DNA of 64,000 nucleotides from positions 124,001 through 188,000 of the forward strand of contig NW_026930547.1 in assembly GCF_032062105.1 (NCBI RefSeq), in the 5' to 3' direction. Source of the stretch: Saccostrea cucullata. Taxonomy: Eukaryota. Positions 1 to 13,666 of this stretch are shown here, piece after piece. Position numbers and translations under genes: made by a program. Under the pieces are notes generated by a model, which was not told the origin of the DNA, did no database searches, and was given only the letters and a program-made list of their open reading frames with translations. Every line of letters begins with the position of its first letter. Position 1 is the first letter of the stretch.

Positions 1-129
1 TAATTGAACTTATATCTACAGTACGTGTTTTTGATTGCAATATTTTTTAATGACCCTTTTCCCCCTCAACTCAAATAAGAATTAAAAGTAATTTAAGTTA
101 GTATCAATTCTGACTGTTTAAATTTCAGA

Positions 130-567
130 ATGGCAGTTTGGGTTACAACAACTGGATCAAACATACCAGAGGGGGCAGTAAGGGGTGGATATGAAGCGGA
201 TGGGAATCCTCTTTTTGTTGCCCGGGCACGAATTGAAGGCATCATGACGCCTGGAAAATGTGGATACCACATTCCTGGAGCTCATATTCCATATGGCATG
301 AAGGAACAAATCATCAATCAGTATGAGGTGTTGGTTCATCCCTCCAGAAGTCCTGGCTTTTTAGATTGGCAGAGGGCTTCTCATGGCAACGTGCCACCAA
401 ATGCCTACAGGACCGACAATGATACTTATGTCGGGAGAGCTTACTACCAGGGGAGTTTAGTCCCGGGGAAAATTGCCACTTCTCACCCTCACAAGTGTGC
501 TTACATAGGCTATGGAGGGAACGAAATCAGCATCAAGGATTATGAGGTCCTGTGTCAGATCAAATAA
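130..567 (+). CDS. DM9-repeat lectin (CGL1/DM9CP-like), copy 1, intact, 145 aa
   Basis: Two DM9 repeats (WV..GSNIPEGA.RGGYE.DG.PLF.ARA..PGK..AHIPYG..E..YEVL and W...G.VPPNA...YVGRA...VPGK...AYIGYGG.E...YEVL). tttcAG|a precedes the ATG; AATAAA at 721. Confidence 0.93.
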   Translation: MAVWVTTTGSNIPEGAVRGGYEADGNPLFVARARIEGIMTPGKCGYHIPGAHIPYGMKEQIINQYEVLVHPSRSPGFLDWQRASHGNVPPNAYRTDNDTYVGRAYYQGSLVPGKIATSHPHKCAYIGYGGNEISIKDYEVLCQIK

Positions 568-2231
568 AACCTGAACAGAATTTGAAATGCTCCATTAATT
601 GACGGTGGCTACAATGAATAATAAGGTCATATGCAAAGAAAAGTTATCTTTTATATAATACCGACATATATTAATAGCTATGTATACTTTCATTATGTGT
701 TCTATTTTCTAATCTTACAAAATAAAAAGATAAATATTATCTACAGATTGTATCATTGCTTATCGCTAAGTAGAATCTGTTAAATATACTTAGACTGAAC
801 CAGGGGCTCGATTTACAAAACTACCTTATGACGAAGAACTAGGAGACATGTGGTTATGGCTCCAAAAGAAATTATTCGAGACAAACTGTTATATAATATA
901 TATATTTTCGTGCAATTGTTTTACATGTATTTTCAATATTCTTTGTAAAACATGGAGCATGCATTAAGTACAGTAAAACCATGCTTGTTGATAAAGTTGT
1001 GAATAGCAATTGCTCTACTTGCATGTTTTCAACAACATATTATACACGCAGGAAATTAAAAGACTTTCTCTCTTAGCCATCATATATCTCTTTAACAAAT
1101 ACAGGACTGAAAAATGAAACACCTTCAGTTGTGTTCATAACTTTGAGAACTCTTTAAGTTTGAAATTACTATCTTCGCTTTAAAAGCACGTTGCAGGACT
1201 GGTCTACCACTAGTGTATCAAGCTCGAAGTTGAATGAACTAATCATCACTATGTGAAATGAAGGCACAGTATTTTTAGCATACCATTAAACACTCAGATT
1301 ATCAAGCATCCATAGACATCCTTTTCTCTTTAAAAAGAGAAATAGAATTTGTATATGTCTATATTGCTCTATCCAACGAATAGAGATGCATATTCACCAG
1401 GCTTGTCGAGAAAATATACACCAACTCAACGGGAAATAGATAAAAAAAAAAATAGATAAAGGAAATATTAAATCAGACAATTATAAAACTTAGATGTTCT
1501 TTTATCTCATGAGATTTTTCTTTTTAGGAAATATAACTAAAAAGAACTGAAAAGAACTATGAATGATTTCTATTAAAATTCACGAGGCATATCTTGATGA
1601 AGTTTGGCTGTTAACGTTGTCATGCCGTAAAAAGTTAAATCATGTTCAAAATATGAATTATTTTAAAACATTTGTGACAATTTCTTGCAGATTTATTTTA
1701 TTCGAACTTTTTATTGAAAGTTGTAAGGACTCGGGGATCTTGGATTCAACTCTGATGCTGAAGGCGTTTTCTGTACTGTGATAGTGCTTACTTGTACTAG
1801 ACGAAATGTAGCTAGCCCTACATTTTCACCCATGGTAAATTGTACTGTTATAATGTAAAAAAGCGTTGTTGAAAGTTGGTCTGCAACAACCGTCAAAAGA
1901 ATCTTGCATCATCAACAAAACTGCTAGGCCTAAAGTTTCTCATGAAAACTATTTAATCATTCACTTTTTAAGGCAAAAAACAAGTGCTGTTGATAATCTC
2001 GAGCTCTTACCCGCCCATAAATAATGGATAGGGTTATTTCGTGGGTAGTATCCTCCACATGTATGAGATAAACAATTAAAAATATTTGAATACTGTTTGT
2101 TATTTCCATATTTTTCATGATGTTAAAACTTCGTAATGCAAACATTTACACACAGTTGTAAATTTTAAACAACGAAAATATGACTCCCCATTTGATAGTG
2201 TAATATACATTATTGTCCTTCTTTGTGCAAA

Positions 2232-3486
2232 AACCAGAAGTCTCTGTCGAGACTGAAGCTCTACTGGTTTGCGCTTATAGAAAAGGAAGAGAAAAGTACT
2301 TAGGCAGTTGGAAATTGAAACTTTTCAACAGCAATAAATAGAATAATGATTCTTGATTAAGTCTCTTTATGTTCTTAGTGTAGTCTACTTGCATGCCACA
2401 TTATATTATAATTAGACTAAAACTGTATTTGGAGTAGCATTTTGAGAGTATTTAACAGAAATTTCTATTTTTAGTAACCATGGCAACACCATTCATTGAA
2501 GTGAAAAAATGACATACAGAATTATGTACCTTAGTGTAGTCTACTTGTGTGCCAAGTTATATTGAAATCAGACCAAAACTGTAGTAGGTGTAGCATTTTG
2601 AAAGCATTTCACAGAAATTTCTATTCTTAGTAACAACAGCAACACCGTTCATCGAAATCAAAAACCGATACACAGAATTATGTATCTTAGTGTAGTCTAC
2701 TTGTGTGCCAAGTAATATTGAAATCAGACCAAAACTGTAGGAGCAGTAGCATTTTGAAAGAATTTGACAGAAATTTCTATTTTTAGTAACCACGGCAACA
2801 CCGTTTATCGAAATCAAAACCGATACACAGAATTATGTATCTTAGTGTAGTCTACTTGTGTGCCAAGTTATATTGAAATAAGACCAAAACTGTAGTAGGT
2901 GTAGCATTTTGAAAGCATTTCAAAGAAATTTCTATTCTTAGTAACAACAGCAACACCGTTCATCGAAATCAAAAACCGATACACAGAATTATGTATCTTA
3001 GTGTAGTCTACTTGTGTGCCAAGTTATATTGAAATCAGACCAAAACTGTAGGAGCAGCAGCATTTTGAAAGAATTTGACAGAAATTTCTATTTTTAGTAA
3101 CCACGGCAACACCGTTTATCGAAATCAAAAACCGATACACAGAATTATGTATTTTAGTGTAGTCTACTTGTGTGCCAAGTTATATTGAAATCAGACCAAA
3201 ACTGTAGGAGGAGTAGCATTTGGAAAGAATTTGACAGAAATTTCTATTTTTAGTAACCACGGCAACACCGTTCATCGAAATCAAAAACCGATACACAGAA
3301 TTATGTATCTTATTGTAGTCTACTTGTGTGCCAAGTTATATTGGAATCAGACCAAAACTGTAGGAGGAGTAGCATTTTGAAAAATTGTTTACAGACAGAC
3401 AGACAGTGACGGACAAAAAAAATTAAAAATTAAACTAATAAAAAATAAAAGTAATCGAGTGTAGCAAAATCTCTAACGGAGCTGAA
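2232..3486. mobile_element. Probable non-autonomous Helentron-like element carrying a 156-bp tandem array
   Basis: Hairpin end aaaccag...ctggttt at about 2232-2270, a tandem array, and an (ACAG)n/ACGG microsatellite at about 3390-3415. This layout is typical of oyster satellite-bearing rolling-circle elements. Confidence 0.5.
2375..3385. repeat. 156-bp tandem repeat, about 6.5 units
   Basis: The ttagtgtagtctacttg anchor recurs at 2375, 2531, 2687, 2842, 2998, 3154 and 3310. Confidence 0.95.
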
Positions 3487-3503
3487 TTTATTTACAACTT
3501 CTA

Positions 3504-3630
3504 CACAGGCAACTTAGCCACATATGATTCTCATATGATTGTATATACATATGATTCTCATATGATCCACATATGATCCTCATATGAAAGGCAATGCATA
3601 TGTAGATCATATGTGGCTAAATTGCCTATG
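3504..3630. mobile_element. Small MITE with TA flanks and internal CATATG repeats
   Basis: ta|cacaggcaacttagccacatatga ... tcatatgtggctaaattgcctatg|ta. Confidence 0.7.
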
Positions 3631-3944
3631 TAAATAAATGAATCCCGTATGCAATTGATAAAGGGCTCTTGGTATGGTCATAACCTTGACATTAAGATAA
3701 ATCTGCGACATTTTGTCAATAAACAATAGTAATTGTTATTTCAGTGTTCATTGATATATCTTCGTGTATTCGAAATAAAAGACTCCATAGAAATATACAA
3801 AAACAGGTCTGTTATTCTAAATCACATAGAATAGTGTTCCTTTGAATTTCAACAGATTTTTGGAAGACCTGGTCTCCAAAGGTTAAATAGATATATGTAA
3901 TGAACATAACCAACTTTTTAATGGAAAATATTTGGAGATATAAC

Positions 3945-4110
3945 AGAAAAATCCGTCGACTATTCTAAGCGTTAAAATAATGGTCTAACATTAAGTACGA
4001 AAAAGCCAAACAGCATTTGACTTTATGATATAAGTACATTGTATTTGCCGACAAGGCCATTACATCGACTCCTCCCGTTTAAGAAATTGTTCATACGTAG
4101 AGCATTCTCT
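3945..4110 (-). mobile_element. Penelope-like element 3' fragment (degenerate)
   Basis: YARECSTYEQFLKR is homologous to the better-preserved copy at 24013-24372. Confidence 0.7.
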
Positions 4111-4134
4111 TGCATAAAGATCTTTCGTACGAGA

Positions 4135-4300
4135 CTGTATAAATCGAGACTCCGTAGGTGCTGGCAAGAAAAGATTCCTCCCTGCCCAACGGCCGAAAGT
4201 GCAGATAACAGGACAAAATTTGCAGCTCTCCGCCGGCAAGTGGTAATGTCTCCATATGACTGAAAAAAAAATCAAGTGGTGATGTCTCCATATGATTGAA
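4135..4300 (+). mobile_element. SINE 3' fragment (resembles bivalve tRNA-derived Meta-type SINE body)
   Basis: gtaggtgctggcaagaaaagattcctccctgccc...aaaatttgcagctctccgccggcaagtggtaatgtctccatatga resembles, from recall, the common oyster SINE body. The gtctccatatga end is duplicated. Confidence 0.45.
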
Positions 4301-4569
4301 AAAAGAAACCGCTGACGGGGTGGTGTTAACAACATACAAATACTGTATGCGTACTTTAAAAAGCAGGCTACATATTTTAATGGCTTTGGCGCAGACAACA
4401 ATGAGCTATCCATGAATACCGCTAAGAAATCATTTCTGTATACAATACACTGAACGTACAAGTGAAGCGCTAATGTAGCGCTAATTTATGATAGCGCCAA
4501 CAACTCCATACCAAGTAAATGCGCGGAATTTTAAATATGCCAAATTATGTACACGCACATACACGCAAA

Positions 4570-4960
4570 AACGAGTTGAATTATTGACAAACAAGTTGCT
4601 GAAACAAGAATATCAGCATCTTCGTTTAAAGCCATTATTTGGTAAGTTCTAGGGTCGATAAAACGACCCTGTCAGCAAGTACAATTCAGAATTAAATCAA
4701 ATGCTGATTGATATTTTTTCATCCTAATTTTTAGGTTATTATATACACACAGCATTGTCGACTGATTTTTCCGTTATTACACCCCATCATGACAAGGAGT
4801 ACACAGCGGGTGTGACCGGTCGGCAGGGGATGCTCCCTTCTTCATGGCACCTGATCCCACCTGTGATGTTTTGGAGGTCCGTGTTTGCTCTGTTCCTATT
4901 TTGTATTGTTTAATGGACTTTGAGCTTGAATCCTTCTCGATATCTCCATACATTTCATTA
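4570..4960 (+). mobile_element. Penelope-like element 3' end
   Basis: Homologous to the C-terminal ORF and 3' tail (gggtgtgaccggtcggcaggggatgct...ggcacctgatcccacc) of the 23.8-kb copy. Confidence 0.8.
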
Positions 4961-6118
4961 ATAAAGAAAAGAATTTACTGGGTACTGTATGCTTATTTCT
5001 TCAGGAGAATTATATGAAGTTTAAGTTACTTCTTACAGTATCTTAATTGAGCACTCCCTTAAACTTTAAAATTCATGGTGCTTCTAATTGAAAAATTTTG
5101 ATAATTTCTGCGGTGCACTATCTTTATTCCATAACAGCTCTAAAGATGAAAAATATTTGACCATATTTTGGGGCACAAATTATGCCCGCTCTACATTTTT
5201 AATGAAATGTTTGTTAAACTCTGGTCACTGTGAAACAATCTTTCCTACAGAAAACCTATTTTGATTTTTTTTTCTACGAGAAAGAGCTTTATAAAGTTGA
5301 AGACACACTTGCGAACAAGTTAAAATTTAGCAACGAAGACAAAAAAATCACTTCAGATGAATTTGTTAACATTTTAAAAATTAAAAATTAGAAATATACA
5401 TACTATTCTTTTTATTTCACTTTGATTCAACAGAAAAGGAAAAGAGTCCAAGAAAATAGAGTTATCAAAATATATCTACTAATGATTATTTTAATATATA
5501 AAATATAGATTTGAATGTATCTGATTCTTTCCACGTCGATTTCATTCGAAATGCTTTGTACACAGGGCCTCATAATCCTTGTAACTGAATTCAGCTCCAC
5601 AATAGCTAATGTATGCACAGTTATCAAAATATATACCAACATAAAATCCAAGGCGTTTGGTGGATTAGCCTTCTTTTCAAATATATAAAATATATAATTT
5701 TTGAGATTTCACAAATGTGATTTTTTTAACGAGTTTTGATAATTTTTTTTATTAACAAACTAAAAACAAAACTGTGAATAATATAAATTTGCATTTTTCA
5801 TTTAATTTGAAGTAGAAATTTCAATAATTGCTAAGTCTAGAAACCTTTTTGAATTTCGAAGCTCCACAATAGCTAATGTATGCACACTTGTAATAATACG
5901 CATGCAGGAGATTTTCTAGTGTGTTTTACAATTAATATTTTGAGTTTACATTTAGTAAATGCTTCATTAATTTGATTTAGTAAAAAGTTCTTATCACTTT
6001 CTTCAGTTTGATACAAAGTATTTATATTTTGATCAAAACAATTTCTGCACTCTTTCATATAGCGTAGATTTAATTCATGTGTTATCACCACGGCTTCCTT
6101 TTTGAGGGGCCGTAAACA

Positions 6119-6367
6119 AGCCTTCTGCCAATCTAAAAAACCAGGTTTTCTCAAGGGCAAAACCAACACCTCGTACTGATTGATGATTTCTTCTTTCCTT
6201 CCATATGGGATATGGGCTCCAGGAAGGTGAAAACCGCATTTTCCAGACGTCATGATACCATGAATCTTTGCTCGGGCAATAAAAAGTGGTCGCCCATCTG
6301 TCTCGTACCCTGCTCTTATTGCATCCTCTGGAATTTTTGAACCGGTAGTTGCTACCCAAACTGCCAT
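6119..6367 (-). pseudogene. DM9 lectin copy 2, inverted and truncated after the first repeat
   Basis: ttttacAG|a precedes ATG 6367. MAVWVATTGSKIPEDAIRAGYE...GFLDWQKA then runs into unrelated sequence; the second repeat was not found. Confidence 0.85.
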
Positions 6368-7053
6368 TCTGTAAAACAAATATTTCTGATATCATACTAT
6401 GTGTGTGTGTGTTTTTCTCAAAAAGGGAGCAATAACCAATCATCTTTAAATGCAAAAATAAAAACACGGCCAATACTCCTTCAAATTAATATGCAAGATT
6501 CCCTTATCATATAAAACAGATTCGATTTAAATCAATCGTAATTGTCCTTGTGATATGATGAAGCAACAACGAATGATTATAGAAAAGCACACATTTCTGT
6601 AAAAAAAAGACTTAGCATAACATACAGGAACTATTGTCGCAGTACTAATAAACGAAGAAAGACTTTTATTGTTTTATTTATATCTGTACTAATAATCAAT
6701 TAATGTAGGATTTAGTGATATACATGTATACGTCATTGTATATTTCATGTGAAGGTGTGTGCATGTTTGCGTCCTTTTAGTATTAAAATGATTTCAAGTT
6801 CATTAAAACAATCACCAATTCAAATCAGTTTTATGAAAATTTATACATTTTTAATCAAAATCATTGTGATTCAAAAATGTAAAAATAAATCCTATTAATT
6901 CAGATATGGTGCTGCCATATATTTTACTAATGAAACAACTACAGCGCTTTTCCTGTATATATATATTTTTCCACTTGACAACTTTTGGCAATCAGATAGA
7001 AGTATTTAATTAAAATACTTCTGTTTTTAATTTCATGTTCACATACCTTGATA

Positions 7054-8235
7054 CAGGTAAACGTCGGTATCTCGACATCGGATATGTCGACAACCTGGGA
7101 TATGTCGACGTTCGTCCGCGGTCCCGGCATTATTTACTATATAAATGATTTGCAAAAACTCTGATACATCGACCTCGGTAATGTCGACTACCCCGCTTAT
7201 CTCGACGTATTTCACAGCCCCAAGAGCAAAATTTACCTGGTATATGTCGACATCGGGGCAATTTTCTGCTCTACTTAACCTAATTGCTTGTCTGCTGGTC
7301 GCTCGTCACGCACGGACAACTCCGTGTACCTCGACATCGTCAGAAATTCACACTTTTCACACCAATGTTTAACTACATACTGCTTTGTAGAAATGTGTTT
7401 GTAAAGGAATCCCAAGCCCCCTAGGCGTCTCTGAGACGTTAATTGTTAAATGTTCAGCTTGGGTAATATCATATCATTGATAAATCTTCTCGATTCTGCG
7501 TAAATGTAACACCGTTTATTTATGTAAAAATCTAACAAAATTTAAACATTTTGAAAAAAAGAAAGTTACTGTATAACAATGAACAATTAACACATTGAAT
7601 TCAATTTAACTTAAAAATTGTAGTAAAAACGCATTCAACTGGAAACAATCAAATCTACGACATGCGCTACTATTGCATCAGCCGTATTATGAATGCATGT
7701 GTAACATAATTAAGTTTGTTAAATTCGCAATTCCATATTAAATTTTGGTTTAAAAATAAAATGAAAAATAATGATGAATAGTTATGAAATAAAAATGAAG
7801 TGAAATGAACAAATTAACAAATATATACGCATTATTTCTTCCGTATCACGGATGTCGACTTTGTACCATTCCGGTTTGGAGTTTATAGAGCGCATTTTGT
7901 ATCCTATTCTGATAGAGCTAGTTGCACGCGGATCGAATGCTGGATGGAAAATTGTTTTAGTAAAATGACAAGATTTCGGTAAAAAAGAATTCAAAGCATT
8001 TCATGTATTATATTGTGAATAACTTCATAGATTTTCTAATAAATATAGAGTGATGGCTACAACAAACAGCAACAGTCCATTGAAGACATGTAGGTAGTTA
8101 CACGTCTGTTCAGTTGAGGTCTATGGTTTACTAAGCAGTAAAGTTAAGGACGTCGAGTCTCTGATATCTCGACACCTCGGATATCTCGACATTTTCTGAT
8201 TGTCCCGTCGATGTCGAGATAACGAAGTTTACCTG
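7054..8235. mobile_element. Non-autonomous Tc1/mariner-pogo-type element (1182 bp)
   Basis: TA flanks at 7052-53 and 8236-37. The 27-bp TIR caggtaaacgtcggtatctcgacatcg matches the other end at 25/27. Subterminal tatctcgac/atgtcgac repeats are present. Confidence 0.88.
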
Positions 8236-8237
8236 TA

Positions 8238-8404
8238 TATTGTTGTTCATGGATCTCAGACTTGCTCTTTCTGGTATTTATGCAGCCAAGACTACGAATC
8301 TCATGCGCTCTCTTGTATTTATATTCCTTCCCTCTAAATGTAGGCTGTTACGAAGAAGACGACTGACCATTGGTGTTTTAGTAAATATAACAGGATTAAA
8401 CATG
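8238..8404 (-). promoter_or_regulatory. TATA promoter and non-coding leader exon of DM9 copy 2
   Basis: The reverse complement is homologous to 13480-13610 (gggaaggaatataaatacaagaga...ttggctgca). TATA at 8316-8323; donor caag|gtatgt at 7047/7046, beyond the transposon. Confidence 0.7.
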
Positions 8405-8894
8405 CTGAGAGAAATAAATACTGTAATAAACCATTTTGGATTTTCCTAAAAAGTTTATTAACAGATTTGAAAAGAAATATATTTTTTAAAAATTCCCTTC
8501 AAGAGAAAATGACGTCAATTTTGTTTTAACTTTACACTGAATTATAGACTCCATCTTTCTTTGACAGATGTGCTTAAACTATTAAGAAATGTAAACAAAA
8601 AATGAATATTTGTTATCTTGATTAAGTAATGTTGTTTGTTATTTTTTTGGTTGCCAATATGATCCATCAACATCAAGTTAAAAAACTTATGTAAAATTAG
8701 CTTTCTAATTGCAAATTTCAAAGCGACGATTTTTTTCCGAACAAGATAAGATTTTGTTTGTCAATTAGAAAACTTTGTATATTCTCTTTCTCAAATATTT
8801 AATTTCAGATTATTAATAATATTCCATACGGAAATTTAATATCAGAAAATAATTGCGAAAATAAGATTGTCTTCACACTTTCTTCACACCTTCT

Positions 8895-9320
8895 ATATGG
8901 GAAGAAGAGAACATTTGCTTTGGCCTTAAAGGTTTTGTCTTGATACTTAGATATGTCGACTTCGAATTATCAATTAACAATGGTTACTTCTATTTATATA
9001 ATATATTTACACATATTTATATAGACAAAGTTCTATATTATATCAATTTTTAAAGCTAGGCACGTTATTAACAAATAAGTTTTGTCTGCAGTTATCATTT
9101 GGCAACTTCTTTGGTTGATAAATTGCTTTTATCAAAAAATAAAATCTGTCATCTGTTCAAATGTTGGTTGACTTTTTTATATTAATTATGAGACCATTTT
9201 TATACACTAAAACATATTTGGATGTTTTTTTATCCGATAAAGACAAACGACGGGTATGACCAATCGATCGAGGATGCTTACTTCTTTATGGTACTTGATC
9301 CCGCCTTTGATATCATTTTG
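8895..9320 (+). mobile_element. Old Penelope-like fragment
   Basis: Degenerate homology to the RT core (EKKK.LA.A...RY.D...SINN) and to the 3' tail. Confidence 0.55.
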
Positions 9321-12219
9321 TGTTTTTCTTTTCTCTGCATCCGGTTACTTTGATCAAATTAGCTTTGAGCTAGAATTATCTATTGTCGCTATAGGAATAA
9401 AATGAACAACAATGATATTTTTTTAATTAAATTTTTTTTAAAGTTCTTTCTCTAAAGTTAACAAATATGCTCACATTAAAATTATTCAATTTTTATATTT
9501 CCAGTATACATGTTTATAAATCCAAGTTGAAATTTCAAAATGGTGCTATATTCATATTTCACAATAATCATTTGTTTGTGATTCAATTACTTTAAAAGAT
9601 AAACATGATTTTGACTCATAATGTAACTTTTATATGTATCACAAATCAAATTATTTTTCGGAGAGCAATAGAAGATCAAGGTTTAAAATAAGAACAGGAA
9701 ATATTTTTTTTCTTTCTCCAGAACAGCGGGTTAAACGTTAGCATCCCAACATAATGCAAAATCAAAGGAGCTCATATCATAGGAGTCTTCACAAGCTATA
9801 TTGTTTCACTTTTTTTTAATTTATGGACCAAACGCTTTGATAGTGGGTGAAATTGTAAAACAATTTAACATACTGCATTCATACAAAGTATAAGCTAAGA
9901 AACTCAGTAAAACCATTTATATCATGAACATCTATGGTGATGTGTGTGCGAATAACATTAAAGATCGAATTAAATCGCACAGATTTGTTTTTTCTCCTAC
10001 AATAATTAAATCGTAATATACTTAAAAAACAAATTACGCACTAAGATAATTGTACGGATATGACAAAATTACAAAAAAAAATTGTGAATAACAACCAATT
10101 TAATTAAAGTTTTGAAATATTAGTTTACAAAAAAGATTTCAAAAAACAAAATGAATGAGTATATGCGTACACGCGTTTTAAAAAAGGAAGTCAGAACTGT
10201 AAATAGAAGAAAATTAAAACATTCATAGTATTTGAAAAAATGAAAAACTAAAAGAAAATAAAAACTTTGAGGATATAATTTTAAACATTTTTTTTTTAAT
10301 TTTCAAACACTTTTGCGTATTTAAACTTTATTCTGGAAAAGTCATCTTACAGGTGTAAAAATATTTTTATTTTTATTTATTTATTTTTTATGTTGCTTTT
10401 TTTAAATTTAAGAATCAGTCCATTTTGGGTTATGGTGAAGAAAAATTACTGACATGTCCTTCCATTTGTGATCATTAACCCTTAAATATTGACTTTTCAA
10501 ATATCTTGTAGTAACTTCTCATGGCCAAATTATCGCAAACACAAGAAGAATTTGGTGTATTGAAGGAAGAAACGTTGCAATAAAAGCCCATAGAATTTAC
10601 GATAAACGTGAACAAAATGAATTTATCATTCATAGATGCCAATCTTGATTATAAGAAGAAATTGGTCCCAGTATTGTCTGTTTGAAATAGCTAAGCAATG
10701 GCGTTAGAGTTAAGAATTGAATAGGGATAAAGAAAATAAATGATATTATCAATAATCATCTATAAATTTACCCTTGCACAGGTTCCGGGTGTTTTATATA
10801 TATATGCGTGTATTCTGTAAGAAATATTATTTTTTTTAATTAAGAATTTTAAGAATTTCAGTTTAATAACAGATCACATGTATTTTGTATTCCTATGAAG
10901 CAGGATTTGTCCAAAGTCTAATACTCGAAAAAAAGAAAACATTTGCCGTGGCCTTGAACAAGATAATTAGATAAATCGACGACGTATATTCAATTAACAA
11001 TGAATATATTTTTTGAAATTTGTTTAAAAGATCACAAATATTAACTGTAAACCTTTACAACAATATATGACAAAATGTGAAAATTTGTCTATATATGTGA
11101 AAATTTTTCAAAAAATATAACCAAAATGAAATACTTTTATTGTTAATACTTTCTCTCAAGTTCTTAGGCTTTTTAAGAAAATATGTTTTTTCAATGAAAG
11201 GGAAAGAATTATCCTTTGGTCATTTTCAAAATTATTTTGTTAAACAGTCTGATTATGCACAAAAGTTGAAATTAAAAAATCCATAAGTTGACAATATCTC
11301 TGAAGTTTTTTGGCGACCAGGTATTTTAACAAATCTATTGGAACGATTATGGGTACTAATATCGCCCCGTTATACGCATTCTTATTTTCTTAATTCATAT
11401 CAAACGTGAAAAGAATAAAACACTTGCTGTGACGTTTAGAAATATCGATGAGGTATTATCAATTAACAATTTACAATGAATTTTTCCAATTTTACAATGG
11501 TTACTGTATACAAACAAATCATAAAACTTATCATGTCACAGATTTAGAAGTGGATGGATGACTTTCAACAAGACTCCTGGAAAATATTTTTTTTCATCAT
11601 CTTGTTTGTGAAAATAATTTCACCTCGTTCTAAAAAAATCTGTTCATACGTAGGAAAACGTGAAAATCAGCCTATGTAATATTGCTAATTTTTTGTCATT
11701 TTGTTCTTTATAAAATTCAACTGAGATATATAAACTCCGTACGCAGTTAATGAAGGTATATTGTTGCATAACTAATGGCTTAGTCACATTTCCCTGCCGG
11801 TGGCCGAATTATCCTTTTTTTAATGTGACATGGTAATCTTGGTGTAAGAAAAAAATTGTTTGTAACATCTGTCCACATCGGCCTAATACCGGTAAGCCTT
11901 TTTGAAAGGATCAATCACATTGTACAAGGTTACTGTATGGATCATAAAACTTGCGATGGGCAACCAATCCTGATATTTTTGTTTTTTTGATAAAAATGGC
12001 GTAGTTTATCATAGCATGCTTTACTTGTAAGATTACCATATATACATCTTTTCAAGTTTAAATATCCAAATATGAGTCACACACTGGTTTTAATCGGTGG
12101 TAATCCGTGGTGTAAACAATGCCCGAACATGGGTCCACATCGGCCTATACCGGTAAGCCTTTAAAGGATCTATTATCTAAAAGCCACCAGGATATATCGT
12201 ATCAACACAAGAATAGAAA

Positions 12220-12680
12220 TTACCATTGTTGATTGAAAATACGTCGTCAATATATCTAGTTTTCGAGTTGAAGGCCACAGCAAGTGTTTTCTTCTTTTCA
12301 CACATAAGATTTTGCATAAATTCTGCTTAATCTGAAAACAAACAAAGGTTTGCTAATAACGGAGCACAATTGATACCCATGGATTTCCAAAAGATTTTTG
12401 GGAGACCTGGGTTCAAAAAACAACATAGATATTGTCAATCAGAAACTCACGCATCTTTTTGACGTCGACTTCAGAGTACTTGTGAGTACAATCAGAATGT
12501 TTTTAACAAAATAATTTTGCAAATGAACAATGACAAGGTAAGTTAATTTACAAGTTTTTTTTATTTAAAAAAAGCAGCTGTCAATGATATCAAAAAGCCT
12601 TGATTCATTTCTCATGGGGAATGGTTGTGTATAAAGTTGAAAAGTCGAAAGTTTTTAAGCTGTTGATTTCGGTAAAATCT
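12220..12680 (-). mobile_element. Penelope-like RT fragment
   Basis: Homologous to 34320-34640 (SEVDVKKM.EFLIDNIYVVF; EKKKTLAVAFNS...YIDDVFSINN). Confidence 0.75.
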
Positions 12681-13564
12681 AGTGATTTCATATTGTCCAA
12701 AACGATTGCAAAAATACATGTACATACATAATGGCTATCATAAGTTACATTCAACAAGTCCATGTTTTAAAAAAAAATCTCATTATTGACTGACGGAATG
12801 ATCTCACACGATTTTTAAATCCTACAGGAAACAATTATTTCTTAATTAATTCATGACTTTATAATCCTATCACTGACTATTTTAGTTTAAATTTTTCATT
12901 AAATAATTTCGACCATATTTTTCCCATGAGTCTTGAAAGAGCAAATAGGCATTATTCTAAAGAAAGACAGAATAAGATTTTTTTTTTCAAATGTTTTATT
13001 CTATTGAAATATATTTGAAATTAACATAGACAATATAAAATATGCAGGACTTTACAGTAACAAATCAAAGCGAATTGTTTTCTTTTGTTGTTTAAAAACA
13101 GATTACTCGTTTGTGATCTGATATATCTAGTGTAGTGTTTTACTTCAATTTGGGTTCTTAGGAAAAACAGGCACATACTGCATACGGTAAATCAGAAAAT
13201 TCTTTCTATAAATGATGAACATTTTGCTCACCTAACCAGTTCTTATGCTAAATTCGACTTATTTAGGTAATTAAGCAGCATTTTATTTACATTTTCCGGA
13301 TTAAATACTTGTGCCGTTTTATTCATTGAATTTACCAATACTTATATTTGGTATATTAGTTTGTGAAATTCATAAACAAGGAACTTAAATAAATTTTTTG
13401 ACATAATTTGAATTCAAAGAAATTTTGTCTATCCGGGTTATTATATCAATTGATTGGTTGTTTCAATGTTTTTTAACCTAAACCTGTTTATTCCTGTTAG
13501 ATTTTCTGAAATATAAATGATTAGTCGTCGTCTTCGAAAAGACCTCCCCCAGAAGGGGAAGGAA

Positions 13565-13666
13565 TATAAATACAAGAGACCATGATAGTCGCAGTGTTGG
13601 CTGCACAATTGTCATAAAAAGCAAACCTGTAAGAGTAAACCTAGTAAAAAGCATTGCAAGGTAAGT
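13565..13666 (+). promoter_or_regulatory. TATA box, non-coding leader exon and donor of DM9 copy 3
   Basis: TATAAATA at 13565-72; consensus donor caag|gtaagt at 13660/13661; matching acceptor at 15511. Confidence 0.7.

Noticed and set aside
2375-3385. Possible CRISPR-like array
   Set aside because: The 156-bp units are contiguous with no unique spacers, there are no cas genes, and the context is eukaryotic.
5593-5887. 27-bp direct repeat agctccacaatagctaatgtatgcaca as a TSD or LTR
   Set aside because: No terminal repeats or element body could be defined between the copies; left unexplained.
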